Source: Thermoplasmata archaeon (GTDB lineage: Archaea > Thermoplasmatota > DTKX01 > JAHFTX01). Taken from it: a stretch of 64,000 nt of DNA. The stretch spans positions 65,897 through 129,896 of the forward strand of contig JAHFTX010000001.1 of the NCBI GenBank assembly GCA_023265395.1, given 5' to 3'. The stretch's first letter is position 1. Every line of letters starts with the position of its first letter. Made by a program: the position numbers and the translations under genes. Below, one piece after another: positions 12,085 to 21,183 of this stretch. Under the pieces are notes generated by a model that was not told the origin of the DNA, searched no databases, and saw only the letters and a list, made by a program, of their open reading frames with translations.

Positions 12085-13194
12085 GTGACCAAGATCGATG
12101 TGTGGCCATTGCGCCTCCCACTCCAGCGCCCGTTCATCCTCTCCAACGAGACCTTGAGCGACGCCCCCGTCATCATCGTGCGAATCGGCTCCGGACGGTG
12201 GGAGGGATGGGGGGAGAGCGGAGTCTCCAAGCGAGTCCTGGGTGAGGACCTGCAGGGCGCCTTCTATTCCGCCCGCCAAGTGGGCGCGGCCATGCTCGAT
12301 TCCACCATCCCGCCAGGGGCATGGGAGGAACAACGCCATCAGATCCCTTCGCGGGCCGCAGCCACCGCCTTCGACATGGCGGTCAACGACCTCTGGGCCC
12401 ATCGGTTCTCGACGCGTTTTCTTCCTGAACTCCCCTCACACCCCCGCCCAGTGCGGTCGAGCATCACGATCACCGCGCAATCACCTACAGAGGTCCGACA
12501 AGAAGCGCACATGTTCTGGAGGGAGGGATGGCAGGTGTTCAAACTCAAGATTGGTGCCGCCCCAGCCAAAGACATCGGCCGGCTTGCGGCACTGCGAGAC
12601 GCAACCCCCCTCGCAACGATCCGAGTAGACGCCAATGGGGGCCTCGATTGGGACAAGTTCGAGAGCCTTGCCCCCGCCCTTGACCAGCACTCAGTCGAGC
12701 TCATCGAACAACCGTTCCCCGAGGCCGAGATCGACCTCTATCGCCAGGCGCGCTCGACGGGGGTCCCCGTTTTCATGGATGAGGGGATCGGATCTCGGGA
12801 GGATGTGGACGCCGCAGCGCGCGCGAGCGTCTGCGACGGCGTGAATCTCAAACTCGAGAAGGCCAGGGGCCTGCTGCCATTGTGCGAGGCGATCGAGGCG
12901 GCGGAAGAACGCGGCCTCCAGGTCATGATGGGGTGCTTCATCACCTCGCGGCTGAGTCACTCCGCGCTCCAACGGGTCGTAGAGGCTTATCCTGTGGTGG
13001 AACGGGTGGATCTCGATGGACCGTTGCTGCTGGCAACCGACCCCATCGTGGGCGGAAGCACCATCAACCAGGGGATGCTACAACAGACCCCTGCGGTGAC
13101 AATCGGCCACGGGGCATCATCCAATCCCGAGCACCTCGCACGGTGGTCGGTGGTCGTGACGCGGCAATCCCCACCAACCGTTCCCTTGGCCTAA
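12085..13194 (+). CDS. Enolase-superfamily enzyme, mandelate racemase/muconate lactonizing enzyme subgroup (dipeptide epimerase or o-succinylbenzoate synthase-like)
   Basis: 369 aa, GTG start. Catalytic pattern FKLKIG (KxK), RVDANGG, IEQP, MDEG in the spacing of MR/MLE family metal ligands. Confidence 0.8.
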   Translation: MTKIDVWPLRLPLQRPFILSNETLSDAPVIIVRIGSGRWEGWGESGVSKRVLGEDLQGAFYSARQVGAAMLDSTIPPGAWEEQRHQIPSRAAATAFDMAVNDLWAHRFSTRFLPELPSHPRPVRSSITITAQSPTEVRQEAHMFWREGWQVFKLKIGAAPAKDIGRLAALRDATPLATIRVDANGGLDWDKFESLAPALDQHSVELIEQPFPEAEIDLYRQARSTGVPVFMDEGIGSREDVDAAARASVCDGVNLKLEKARGLLPLCEAIEAAEERGLQVMMGCFITSRLSHSALQRVVEAYPVVERVDLDGPLLLATDPIVGGSTINQGMLQQTPAVTIGHGASSNPEHLARWSVVVTRQSPPTVPLA

Positions 13195-14375
13195 GGGGCG
13201 GTGGTCTTCTCGTCTGCCCCAAGAGGCGCGCCGACAGCAGTCTTGGGGAGGATGGAGAGCCCCCCGGAGAGCTTCGTCACCAACGAGAGGAGCTGCCTGT
13301 CGTCGAGCTGGCTCTTTCGCAAGGCCTTGATCCGCATGAAGACCTCCTCGAAGAGCTCCTCGCTGACGTGAACACCCAGTCTGTCGAGTCGATACGTTAG
13401 GGTCGGACGTCCCGCCATCTTGTCAAGAGCGACATCGCGGGTCCGGCCCACAAGTTCTGCAGGGATGCTCTCGTAGTGGCTGGGGTCGATCAGCACCGCC
13501 GAGACGTGGAGGCCCGCGTTGTGGGTGAAGGCGTTGCGACCTACGACTGGTGCTTGCGCGGGAATAGGGATTCTTGAGGCACGCGCAACGACTTCGGAGA
13601 GCTGGGGGAGCAAGGGGAACTCCCAGCGGTTTTCCATCCCATACCGAAGGGCCAAGGCCATTGCGGTCTCCGCCAGAGGAGCGATTCCGGTACGCTCTCC
13701 CAGCCCATTGACCGTCGTGTCAATCAGACGGGCACCGGCTTCGACGGCCGTTAGGGAATTGGCGACGGCCATGCCGAGGTCGTTGTGACAGTGGACATTG
13801 AGCTCAAGGCCCGTGCGTTCCCGAAGGAGGTGGACGAACTGATACATCCGGAGAGGAGTCATGACGCCGACTGTGTCTGCGACCCCAATCCGGTCGACGC
13901 CCGCAGCCTTGCAGGCCAACGCGACCTTTACGACATTATCAATCGGGGATCGGACCGTGTCTTCGGGCGTGTAACGAACCTTGAGTCCATGCGCCTTGGC
14001 ATATTCAACGACATCGGTGATGAGGGCCAGAGCCTGCCCGAGATCCTTGCGGTAACGGTCCTCGAGAGCTTCGTTGCGCAGGCAGAAGAATATGCCGACC
14101 CAATCGACGTCACAGTCGATGGCAACATCGATGTCGGCGCGGATGGCCCTGCAGTGAGCGAGGATCTGGGCCTGGTGGCCCGCCCGCGAGATTCTTTGGA
14201 CCGCCCGTTTGATCTGGGGCGAGATCGCAGGGTGACCTGCTTCAATGATGTCGACACCGAACTGGTCGACCAGGGTGGCAATCTCCAACTTCTCCTTGAG
14301 GCTGAAGTTGACCCCAGGCGTCTGCTCCCCCTCTCGAAGCGTGCTGTCGAGGAGTTGAACGCTTGCGACGACCAT
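13191..14375 (-). CDS. HMGL-like 2-oxoacid condensing enzyme (homocitrate, 2-isopropylmalate or citramalate synthase family)
   Basis: 394 aa; DSTLREGEQTPGVNFS substrate-binding motif, HCHNDLGMAVANSL metal site, TVNGLGERTGIAPLAE. About 390 aa with no LeuA regulatory domain, suggesting the homocitrate/citramalate synthase type. Confidence 0.85.
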   Translation of the reverse strand: MVVASVQLLDSTLREGEQTPGVNFSLKEKLEIATLVDQFGVDIIEAGHPAISPQIKRAVQRISRAGHQAQILAHCRAIRADIDVAIDCDVDWVGIFFCLRNEALEDRYRKDLGQALALITDVVEYAKAHGLKVRYTPEDTVRSPIDNVVKVALACKAAGVDRIGVADTVGVMTPLRMYQFVHLLRERTGLELNVHCHNDLGMAVANSLTAVEAGARLIDTTVNGLGERTGIAPLAETAMALALRYGMENRWEFPLLPQLSEVVARASRIPIPAQAPVVGRNAFTHNAGLHVSAVLIDPSHYESIPAELVGRTRDVALDKMAGRPTLTYRLDRLGVHVSEELFEEVFMRIKALRKSQLDDRQLLSLVTKLSGGLSILPKTAVGAPLGADEKTTAP

Positions 14376-14586
14376 GGATAGACCAGCATTCGATGCACAG
14401 AGGGGGTCCTAACGTTATCGATATGATTCTGCGGAAAGATGTAGCACCACTACTCTAGATGGTGTCTTTCGTCGAATTGTAACGCTTTCCGCAAAGGTGG
14501 TCTTTGGATCAAGTGCCCGGATGGCGCTGCACTCCTCGCTGCCTGACAGCCTAGGGTTTTGGACTTAGCCCCCCATTTGTGAGCCC

Positions 14587-15540
14587 ATGGCAACAACGGC
14601 AGTCACGGGTGGTGCTGGCTTCATCGGGAGCCACTTGGTGACCGCACTCCTCGAGCGGACCCACGATGAGATCGTGGTGATTGACAATCTATCAGGTGGG
14701 AGTCGGCGGATGCTTGCCCACGTGGCCGAGCATCCGCGACTGAGGATTCTCATCGTCGACTTGTTGGATCGAGATGACATGGTCGCCGCATTCGATGGGG
14801 TATCGACTGTGTTTCACCTGGCAGCCAATGCGGACGTACGGCTCGCCGCTGTCGACCAGGAGATAGACCTGCGCCAGGGTGTGGAATCCACCGCCAACGC
14901 CCTCCACGCAGCTGTCAAGGTGAACGCCTCTCGATTCATCTTCGCGAGCAGCAGCACGGTGTACGGCGAAGCGACGGCGATACCCACCCCCGAGGAATAC
15001 GGGCCGTTGCACCCCATCTCCCTCTATGGGGCCGCTAAACTGGGTGCCGAGGGTTTCGTCACCGCCTACGCCCACTCCTTCGGGCTCCGATGCTGGATCT
15101 ACCGGTTCGCCAACGTCATCGGCCCCCGTGTGACGCATGGCGTGATTGTCGACTTCCTCGAGAAGCTCCGTCGCGACCGGACGCGGTTGGAGATCCTCGG
15201 CGACGGGCGCCAGGCGAAGTCCTACTTGACGGTCCGCGATTGCGTCGACGGGATACTCCATGGCCTAGACCATGCAACGGATCACGTCAACCTCTACAAC
15301 CTCGGGACGGACGATGTCATCACCGTCCGCCGAATCGCTGAGATTGTCATCGAGGAGCTCGGCATCCAGAACGTGCGTCTTGAGTTCACGGGAGGCGACC
15401 GTGGCTGGAAGGGGGATGTACCGAGGATGCACCTCTCCTGCACCCGCCTGAAGAATCTGGGCTGGAAACCCTCCCACTCCTCCGAAGAGGCGGTCCGAGA
15501 AGCAATCCGCTCTTTGCGCGCGGAGCGCTGGCAACCGTGA
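14587..15540 (+). CDS. NAD-dependent epimerase/dehydratase (GalE-like UDP-sugar epimerase)
   Basis: 317 aa; N-terminal Rossmann VTGGAGFIGSHLV and a YxxxK active-site region (YGAAKLGAE). Confidence 0.85.
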   Translation: MATTAVTGGAGFIGSHLVTALLERTHDEIVVIDNLSGGSRRMLAHVAEHPRLRILIVDLLDRDDMVAAFDGVSTVFHLAANADVRLAAVDQEIDLRQGVESTANALHAAVKVNASRFIFASSSTVYGEATAIPTPEEYGPLHPISLYGAAKLGAEGFVTAYAHSFGLRCWIYRFANVIGPRVTHGVIVDFLEKLRRDRTRLEILGDGRQAKSYLTVRDCVDGILHGLDHATDHVNLYNLGTDDVITVRRIAEIVIEELGIQNVRLEFTGGDRGWKGDVPRMHLSCTRLKNLGWKPSHSSEEAVREAIRSLRAERWQP

Positions 15541-15560
15541 CCACAGTCCCCAGGACCCCG

Positions 15561-15648
15561 GTCACCCCCCCACACTCGGGGTGGGGGGGCCGTCAGCGGA
15601 CGCACCTTTGGTCGCTCGGAGGGGGCTAGGGAGCGGCGGTCCGCTGAC
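15561..15648. terminator. Two consecutive GC-rich stem-loops downstream of the GalE-like gene (candidate intrinsic terminator or structured RNA)
   Basis: CCCCCCCAC-actcggg-GTGGGGGGG (9-bp stem), then CGTCAGCGGAC...(37-nt loop with inner CGCTC/GAGCG stem)...GTCCGCTGACG (11-bp stem). They sit in a 370-nt non-coding gap between convergent genes. Confidence 0.35.
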
Positions 15649-15910
15649 GCTTGTTGATAGCAATCACGACATTGAGACTGAAGGCACCAGGGGTCGAATC
15701 GAGCCAAGAACCGGGGCCGATGACTATCCACCATGACCCGGGCCTGGCGACAGAATGGCCCAAACGGAGATGCCCCGGTTCCAAGCGTCCCACCGTCCCT
15801 CAGAATAGTGCTCCGTGTTAGCACGTCGCATGCCTTCTTCGGCCCGCTGGCTACATAAGTATGTTGGTGCTTTCTGACCATCGTCGGATGGGAAGCTGCG
15901 GGGCCGAGGA

Positions 15911-16822
15911 TCACTCTCGTGGGGATGGGACGCCTTCGGCCCTGCTCGAGAAGACCATCCCGAGTGCAGTGACGATGTCCTCGAAGCGGGCGCCCCAGGG
16001 TACCGTCACAACACCGTCGGGTCCAGCCTGAACCTGTTCGATTAGATCACAGCACTTGGCTAGCACGAGGGGCCGTGTCCCGCTGGAGCGGGCCTTGGGG
16101 AGCAGTTGATCCAATCGGCTGCGTGGGCAGATGTCACGGAAGTGCGGCCGCACATGGTAGGTCGCCAGGAACACCTTGCGCGAGAGGTCGCACCCGACCA
16201 GCAGAGCCTCGGTGGGGTTCTGTAGGGTGCCCTTCTCCTCAAGGTAACATAGCGAGTGCCCGCCGGAATCCCATCCGCTACAGCGGCAGGGCAGAACGAC
16301 CTCACGCTCAACCGCTTCCGTGACCCACGGCTGCAGGTCTGTGAGCACCGGCACGATTTCCACGGGGCGGTCATGGGAGACCAATGCCAGGGCGCGCTCG
16401 ACTAGGACGACGAGCTTGGGCGGGGAGGGAGGGACCAGATCGATCACATAGAGTGGAATCGCCGGTTCCTTGTGGATGAAGGAGATATGGTCGAACTCGC
16501 CCTCGATGACGACGATGGGGTGTGGGACGACTGCGGCAGCCTTGGCCATGGACCAATGGTTGAGGGTGTCAGTCTGCGGGGAATGGAGATAGGCCACCTC
16601 TTCAGCCCCTACCCCAAGGAAAGCGAAATCTCTGACCGGGCAGAATAGGCCCTTGCCAGTGCACGTGATCGCCACGACCGCCCAGGTCTCGCCGTTGGTG
16701 AAGACGAGGTGAGTCGTCCCCTGGTAGAGGTTCCGACCGGCAAGCCAGGCGACAATCGTATCCCTCTCGACTGCCCCGGAGAGGTGCACCATCCCCACGT
16801 GGGAACAATGGGATGGGATCAC
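15911..16822 (-). CDS. Hypothetical protein (possibly a degenerate metallo-hydrolase fold)
   Basis: 303 aa ORF with coherent composition. No clean HxHxDH or other catalytic motif could be identified. Confidence 0.45.
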   Translation of the reverse strand: MIPSHCSHVGMVHLSGAVERDTIVAWLAGRNLYQGTTHLVFTNGETWAVVAITCTGKGLFCPVRDFAFLGVGAEEVAYLHSPQTDTLNHWSMAKAAAVVPHPIVVIEGEFDHISFIHKEPAIPLYVIDLVPPSPPKLVVLVERALALVSHDRPVEIVPVLTDLQPWVTEAVEREVVLPCRCSGWDSGGHSLCYLEEKGTLQNPTEALLVGCDLSRKVFLATYHVRPHFRDICPRSRLDQLLPKARSSGTRPLVLAKCCDLIEQVQAGPDGVVTVPWGARFEDIVTALGMVFSSRAEGVPSPRE

Positions 16823-16867
16823 GCTGGCACTCCGGGAAGCCGCCGCCCCAGACGCGGGGAGCAGTGC

Positions 16868-17173
16868 CTACTCGTCCCCGTCGTCCTGGGCAAGCTTGGT
16901 CGCGATGTCCTGACGGAGGTTTTCAGAAGTCTTCCCTTCAGTAGGGATTCCCAGTTGCTTGGCGGTCCGGACGATCTTCGAAGATGGAGGAGGTATCTTG
17001 CGACCACGGGCACGTTGCGCCTCAAGTCGCTGTTCTGATTCGAGCTTGCCAATCTCGTACTCGCCCCGAGCCTGGCCCATGCTACGAGCGAGTTCGGGGA
17101 GCTTGCGTGCCCCAAAGAGGAGCAGCAGGATGATGCCAATCAGCACAAAGGTCTCTGGACCGAATTGGACCAT
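16868..17173 (-). CDS. tatA: Sec-independent protein translocase subunit TatA/E
   Basis: From MVQFGPETFVLIGIILLLLFGARKLPELARSMGQARGEYE: N-terminal TM helix, then LLFGxxKLPELxRxxGxA, the diagnostic TatA hinge and amphipathic helix. A TATTTAAA TATA-like box lies at 17210-17217 upstream on this strand. Confidence 0.8.
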   Translation of the reverse strand: MVQFGPETFVLIGIILLLLFGARKLPELARSMGQARGEYEIGKLESEQRLEAQRARGRKIPPPSSKIVRTAKQLGIPTEGKTSENLRQDIATKLAQDDGDE

Positions 17174-17207
17174 GCGGTGCTCACCGACCAATCCGCCAAT
17201 CCGGGCA

Positions 17208-17219
17208 GACGGTATTTAA
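17208..17219 (-). promoter_or_regulatory. TATA-box-like element (TATTTAAA) about 35-40 nt upstream of tatA
   Basis: The only AT-rich octamer in a GC-rich intergenic region, at the expected distance for an archaeal promoter with a short leader. Confidence 0.35.
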
Positions 17220-17276
17220 ACGTACTGACCAATGAAAAGCGTGCGAGGCCTCCGGGGGCGAAATCCCTAACCTCTT

Positions 17277-17561
17277 GTGCACCATCCCGGTCGGGGGGGA
17301 GATGGTTCCTTGGCGCTTCGTCTGACGGTCAAGGATGCTGAGACGGGCAACCGCATCGAGATGGAACTGCAGGCGGAGAACACCGTCGATGAGGCAATCG
17401 AGAGCGCCTGCAGTTATTGGAGCAAGCGGCAAGGTGCTTTCGTCCTCAAGCAAGGCTCCACCATCTTGCGTGGGGGCGCGACCCTTCAGGGCAGTCACAT
17501 CGGAGAGCACACCATGCTCGAGCTGATTCCAGACCCACAGGGGGGTGCTCCTCTTGCCTAG
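17277..17561 (+). CDS. Ubiquitin-like small protein (beta-grasp) with C-terminal Gly-Gly followed by a 4-residue tail (pro-protein form)
   Basis: About 80-94 aa; ...LRLTVKDAETGNRIEMELQAENTVDEAIESACSYWSKRQGAFVLKQGSTILRGGATLQGSHIGEHTMLELIPDPQGG-APLA*. Start is non-ATG (GTG 17277 or TTG 17310, each preceded by a G-run). Overlaps the following E2-like gene by 8-17 nt. Confidence 0.6.
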   Translation: MHHPGRGGDGSLALRLTVKDAETGNRIEMELQAENTVDEAIESACSYWSKRQGAFVLKQGSTILRGGATLQGSHIGEHTMLELIPDPQGGAPLA

Positions 17562-18054
17562 GCTACCCGAGGACATCGTTCGTCAGCGGGTCGTCAATGA
17601 GTTGCGCGCGTGTCTGGATTCCTCCCGGCACACGATTAGGCTCGAAGAGGGGGCCCTCGAGAAGTTCCCAAACCGGGTCTGGATCGAGCTTGTTGGCTGT
17701 CCCGCGATGGTGCGCAGGGGAGACCGGGTCGAGACCTCGAGCGAACATCGCTTCCTGCTCGAGGTTCCGCGGGATTACCCCTACGAGCGTCCGACGGTCA
17801 TCTGGGCAACGGACATCTTCCACCCCAACATCATGCTCCCCAGCGAGGGAGGGTTCGTCTGCACCGGACTCCTGGAAGGGTGGACATCCCGCAGCACCTT
17901 GCTCGGATTCCTCCAGGGCCTGGAGGCGCTGCTGGCCAACCCCAATGCGGATAGCCCGTACGGAACCGCCAGTTGTACTTCGGCTGCCCAATACCTCAAT
18001 GCTCAACGAGCGACACCAGGGAGGACCCCTCAACTCTCTCGGACCTCCGGATGA
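17545..18054 (+). CDS. Ubiquitin-conjugating enzyme (E2/UBC-fold)-like protein
   Basis: 169 aa; ...DYPYERPTVIWATDIFHPNIMLPSEGGFVCTGLLEGWTSRSTLLGFLQGLEALLANPNADSP reproduces the UBC core: HPN motif, catalytic Cys 10 residues downstream, conserved Trp, LL..PN..P helix. GTG or TTG start. Confidence 0.75.
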   Translation: MLLLPRLPEDIVRQRVVNELRACLDSSRHTIRLEEGALEKFPNRVWIELVGCPAMVRRGDRVETSSEHRFLLEVPRDYPYERPTVIWATDIFHPNIMLPSEGGFVCTGLLEGWTSRSTLLGFLQGLEALLANPNADSPYGTASCTSAAQYLNAQRATPGRTPQLSRTSG

Positions 18055-18069
18055 GGTGGGTAGGCCTCG

Positions 18070-18729
18070 ATGGTTCCACCGGCGCCCGAGCAGCACTCCC
18101 GGCCGCCATCAGTCGTGCGAGAAGTGCGTCTCCGGCGGCTCTTGGTCGAACCGCCGCGAGGCGAGCTGCCGCCCTGGGACCCTGAAGCGGCGGAACTCGC
18201 TAACGACCTCGCCCGTTGCACCATCGCAGCGGAGGCATGGGCAAGCATCGTCGATCAGTGTCGTTCGGCAGCGCAACGCAACGAGGAGACTATCGGGTTC
18301 CTGGTCGGGAGGCGAGTTGCCTGCAGGCGGACTCCGACGAAGGAGAACCGCCGTGCGACGCATCTCTTCGTCGCCATCACCCGCGCCATCACTGGAGAGC
18401 ACCGCGGCGACACCGTCTCTGTCCGATTCACCTCAGAGGGCCTCGCCCAGGCCGCAGGGCTCCTCAGTTTCGGTAGAGGGGGACGATCCGAGCAGCTGGT
18501 GGGGTGGTATCATAGTCACCTCGAGTTGGGATGCTTCCTCTCGGATCGGGACCTCATGACGCATGCACAAGCATTCCCTGGCGACGATGCGATCGCGCTG
18601 GTTGTGGATCCGCTACGGCGGGAGGCACGCGCATTCGCGCGCCCGCAATCTCGCGCCCTTGCCCCAGCTGGACCCGTCCAGGTGAGCTGGCTCCTGATTA
18701 CCGATGGAGTCACAGACCGTCCGGCTTGA
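18070..18729 (+). CDS. JAMM/MPN+ metalloprotease (Rpn11/JAB1-like deubiquitinase/processing protease)
   Basis: 219 aa; E-x(n)-H-x-H-x(7)-S-x(2)-D is present as EETIGFLVG...VGWYHSHLELGCFLSDRD. Confidence 0.8.
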   Translation: MVPPAPEQHSRPPSVVREVRLRRLLVEPPRGELPPWDPEAAELANDLARCTIAAEAWASIVDQCRSAAQRNEETIGFLVGRRVACRRTPTKENRRATHLFVAITRAITGEHRGDTVSVRFTSEGLAQAAGLLSFGRGGRSEQLVGWYHSHLELGCFLSDRDLMTHAQAFPGDDAIALVVDPLRREARAFARPQSRALAPAGPVQVSWLLITDGVTDRPA

Positions 18730-18840
18730 ATCGTACCACGAATCGATGCAATCGCACAGGTCACAAGGTTTATAGAGAAGTCCCGGTCGTGACCTCTCCG
18801 CAAGGAGACGAACCTCTCGCCACTGCAGGACGCCACACCG

Positions 18841-19116
18841 ATGAAGCTCCCGCGGCAGGTCAAGTGCTACTGCCCCTACTGCAAGGGTCACCGCCCCCAT
18901 GAGATCGAGCGGGTCAAGAAGCGGGCAGCCTCAGAACTCAGCTGGGGTCAGCGGCGATTCCGAAAGGTGACCTCGGGGTACGGGAGCTTCCCCCGTCCCA
19001 AACCTGATCGTAACAAGCCAACCAAGCGGGTTTCCATCCGCTATCGCTGTTCCAAGTGCAAGAAGGCGCACCAGCGGCCAGGGTTCCGGGCCAAGCGCTT
19101 CGAGCTGACCGAGTAG
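18841..19116 (+). CDS. rpl44e: 50S ribosomal protein L44e
   Basis: 91 aa; MKLPRQVKCYCPYCKGHRPHEI...CSKCKK, the zinc-ribbon signature of L44e. Confidence 0.9.
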   Translation: MKLPRQVKCYCPYCKGHRPHEIERVKKRAASELSWGQRRFRKVTSGYGSFPRPKPDRNKPTKRVSIRYRCSKCKKAHQRPGFRAKRFELTE

Positions 19117-19147
19117 AGGGAATCAAGACCAACGGAGGAGCCACACC

Positions 19148-19351
19148 ATGCCGGAGACGACCATTCCAAGCGAGACCGCACGGAGCAGTTTCCTCCGAGT
19201 CACCTGTCCCGACTGCGGCGCGAAGCGCATCCTCTTTAGCCATGCAGACACCCGCGCAACCTGCGACGTCTGCGGGGCCCATCTGGCCACCCCGACCGGG
19301 GGCCGGCTGGCCTTGCGGAAGGAAGTCGAGAGCGTGGAGGTGTTGCACTAA
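19148..19351 (+). CDS. rps27e: 30S ribosomal protein S27e
   Basis: 67 aa; FLRVTCPDCGAKRILFSHADTRATCDVCGAHLATPTGGRLAL is the C4 zinc-finger S27e signature. Confidence 0.9.
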   Translation: MPETTIPSETARSSFLRVTCPDCGAKRILFSHADTRATCDVCGAHLATPTGGRLALRKEVESVEVLH

Positions 19352-20129
19352 GATGGTCAAGCTCGGCGACTACCCAGAAGAGGGCGAATTGGTCATCTGC
19401 ACGGTCACAAAGGTCGAGAAGTTTGGCGCCTTCGTGTTTCTTGAAGAATACCAGAAACGCGAGGGCTTCATCCATATCAGCGAGGTCGCCAGTGGGTGGG
19501 TCAAGCACATCGGCGACTTCGTCCGTGTTGGAAAACGGCTCGTCTGCAAGGTCCTCAAGGTCAACTTGCAGAAGGGCCATGTCGATCTCTCGCTCAAGCA
19601 GGTCAACAAGCACCAGCGGCAGGTCAAGCTCCAAGAATGGAAGAATGAGAACCGCGCGGACCATCTTTTCGAAGAGGTCGCCCGTCGGGTGGGTCTGACC
19701 ACTCCGGAAGCCTATGACCAGTTCGGCAAGCGCTTGATTGAGGTGTTCGGCTCGATTTATGGTGCCTTCGAGGAAGCTGCCCTCGATGCCGAGACCTTGG
19801 AGAGCGAGAACTTCAAAGGTCCGTGGGTCGCCGAGTTTCTCGATGTCGCCCGGGCGAACATCGTCCCTCCCCATGTTGTCGTCAAGGGGACCCTCACTCT
19901 CACCAACCCTCGCGGGGATGGGATCGTCCACATCTGCAAGGCACTAGAGGCCGCCCAGCAAGTCTCTCGTGAGAGCATTTCCATCAAGTACCTCGGTGCG
20001 CCCCTCTACCGGATCCAGGTACGTGCCTTGGAATACAAGGAGGCGGAGGAGTTGCTCCGTGCAGCCCTCAAGGAGACCGAGCGCCTCATCACCAAGACCG
20101 GGGGAAGCTACGCGTTCGCCAAGGCGTAG
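19352..20129 (+). CDS. eif2a: Translation initiation factor 2 subunit alpha (aIF2alpha)
   Basis: 259 aa from ATG 19352; S1 domain N-terminus PEEGELVICTVTKVEKFGAFVFLEEY...GFIHISEVASGWVKHI. The track ORF 19056.. carries a spurious 5' extension over rps27e. Confidence 0.9.
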
Positions 20130-20159
20130 TTCTCGCCGAGCAGGCCGAGGTCCGCACCG

Positions 20160-20345
20160 ATGAAGACATTCATCCGCCACTGTCCAACGTGCGGGACCTA
20201 CACCTTCCTAGCAGCCTGCCCCGGGGCCGCCTGCAGCACCGCGACCGTCCCGGCACTCCCGCCACGCTACTCTCCCAATGACCGATGGGGCAAGTATCGC
20301 CGGGCGATGAACGCTGGCGAAGCACAGCTCACCAAGGAGGAGTAG
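20160..20345 (+). CDS. nop10: H/ACA ribonucleoprotein complex subunit Nop10
   Basis: 61 aa; IRHCPTCGTYTFLAACPGAACSTATVPALPPRYSPNDRWGKYRR fits the Nop10 zinc ribbon plus PxRFSPxD(K/R)xxxYR consensus. Confidence 0.85.
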   Translation: MKTFIRHCPTCGTYTFLAACPGAACSTATVPALPPRYSPNDRWGKYRRAMNAGEAQLTKEE

Positions 20346-20346
20346 G

Positions 20347-21114
20347 TTGGAGCCCATCGTCGTCACCTATCACCAGGATTCGCGGCCGACCCTCAAACGG
20401 CCCATTCTGGTCGAAGGCCTCCCGGGCGTCGGGAACGTCGGCAAGCTCGCCGCAGAACTGGTCGTCGACCAGTTGAAGGCGGAGCCTTTCGCTACAATCC
20501 ATTCCCGCTACTTCCCTCCCCAGGTGATTGTGGACGACTCAGGGATCATCGCGCTCGTAAGCAACCGCCTCTATCTGTCCCGTCAACCCGGCCCCCACGA
20601 CCTCCTCTTCCTGGTGGGGGACTATCAAGGGCTCACCCCCGAGGGCCAGTACGAGCTTGCCGACTGTGTCCTAGCTCTCGCAAAGGGGCTTGGTGTCGAG
20701 CGGGTCTACACTCTGGGAGGCTATGGAATCGGCCGCATGGTCGAAGAACCCAAGGTACTAGGCGCGACCACCAGCGCTGCCCTCGTCGCGGAGATGCGCG
20801 CTGCTGGCGTCCTCTTCCCTGAGGGGGAGCCCGGCAGCGGAATCGTCGGGGCCAGCGGCTTGCTCCTGGGCCTCGGACGGATGCGCGCGATCGAGGGCGT
20901 CTGCCTCATGGGGCAGACCAGTGGCTACTTCGTAGACCCTAAGAGTGCAGGGGCACTCCTGACCATCCTCTGTCCGCTGCTCGGAATCACCGTTGACTTG
21001 GCCGACCTTGAAGCCAAGGCAGCGCAAATCGACGTGATCACCTCCAGGATCCGGGAGATCGAGGGCGGGGAAACCTCCCAACGTTCTCGTGAGGATCTCC
21101 ACTACATCGGATAG
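20347..21114 (+). CDS. Proteasome assembly chaperone (PAC2) family protein
   Basis: 255 aa; RPILVEGLPGVGNVGKLAAELVVDQL N-terminal motif of the PAC2 family. TTG start immediately after the nop10 stop; the aIF2alpha-nop10-PAC2 arrangement is a conserved archaeal cluster. Confidence 0.8.
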   Translation: MEPIVVTYHQDSRPTLKRPILVEGLPGVGNVGKLAAELVVDQLKAEPFATIHSRYFPPQVIVDDSGIIALVSNRLYLSRQPGPHDLLFLVGDYQGLTPEGQYELADCVLALAKGLGVERVYTLGGYGIGRMVEEPKVLGATTSAALVAEMRAAGVLFPEGEPGSGIVGASGLLLGLGRMRAIEGVCLMGQTSGYFVDPKSAGALLTILCPLLGITVDLADLEAKAAQIDVITSRIREIEGGETSQRSREDLHYIG

Positions 21115-21183
21115 GTGGGCCCGCGCCCTGGGGGGCGCGTACCGAGGAGTATTAAGTGTCCTCGGCTCAATGAGGTGACACCC

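Noticed and set aside
15294-15914. 206-aa minus-strand ORF spanning the GalE 3' end and the long intergenic region
   Set aside because: It overlaps the real galE-like gene in antisense, its remainder covers the hairpin-rich non-coding gap, and its composition is junk-like.
19056-19351. 5' extension of the aIF2alpha ORF in the track
   Set aside because: It overlaps rps27e in another frame. The conserved aIF2alpha N-terminus begins at ATG 19352.
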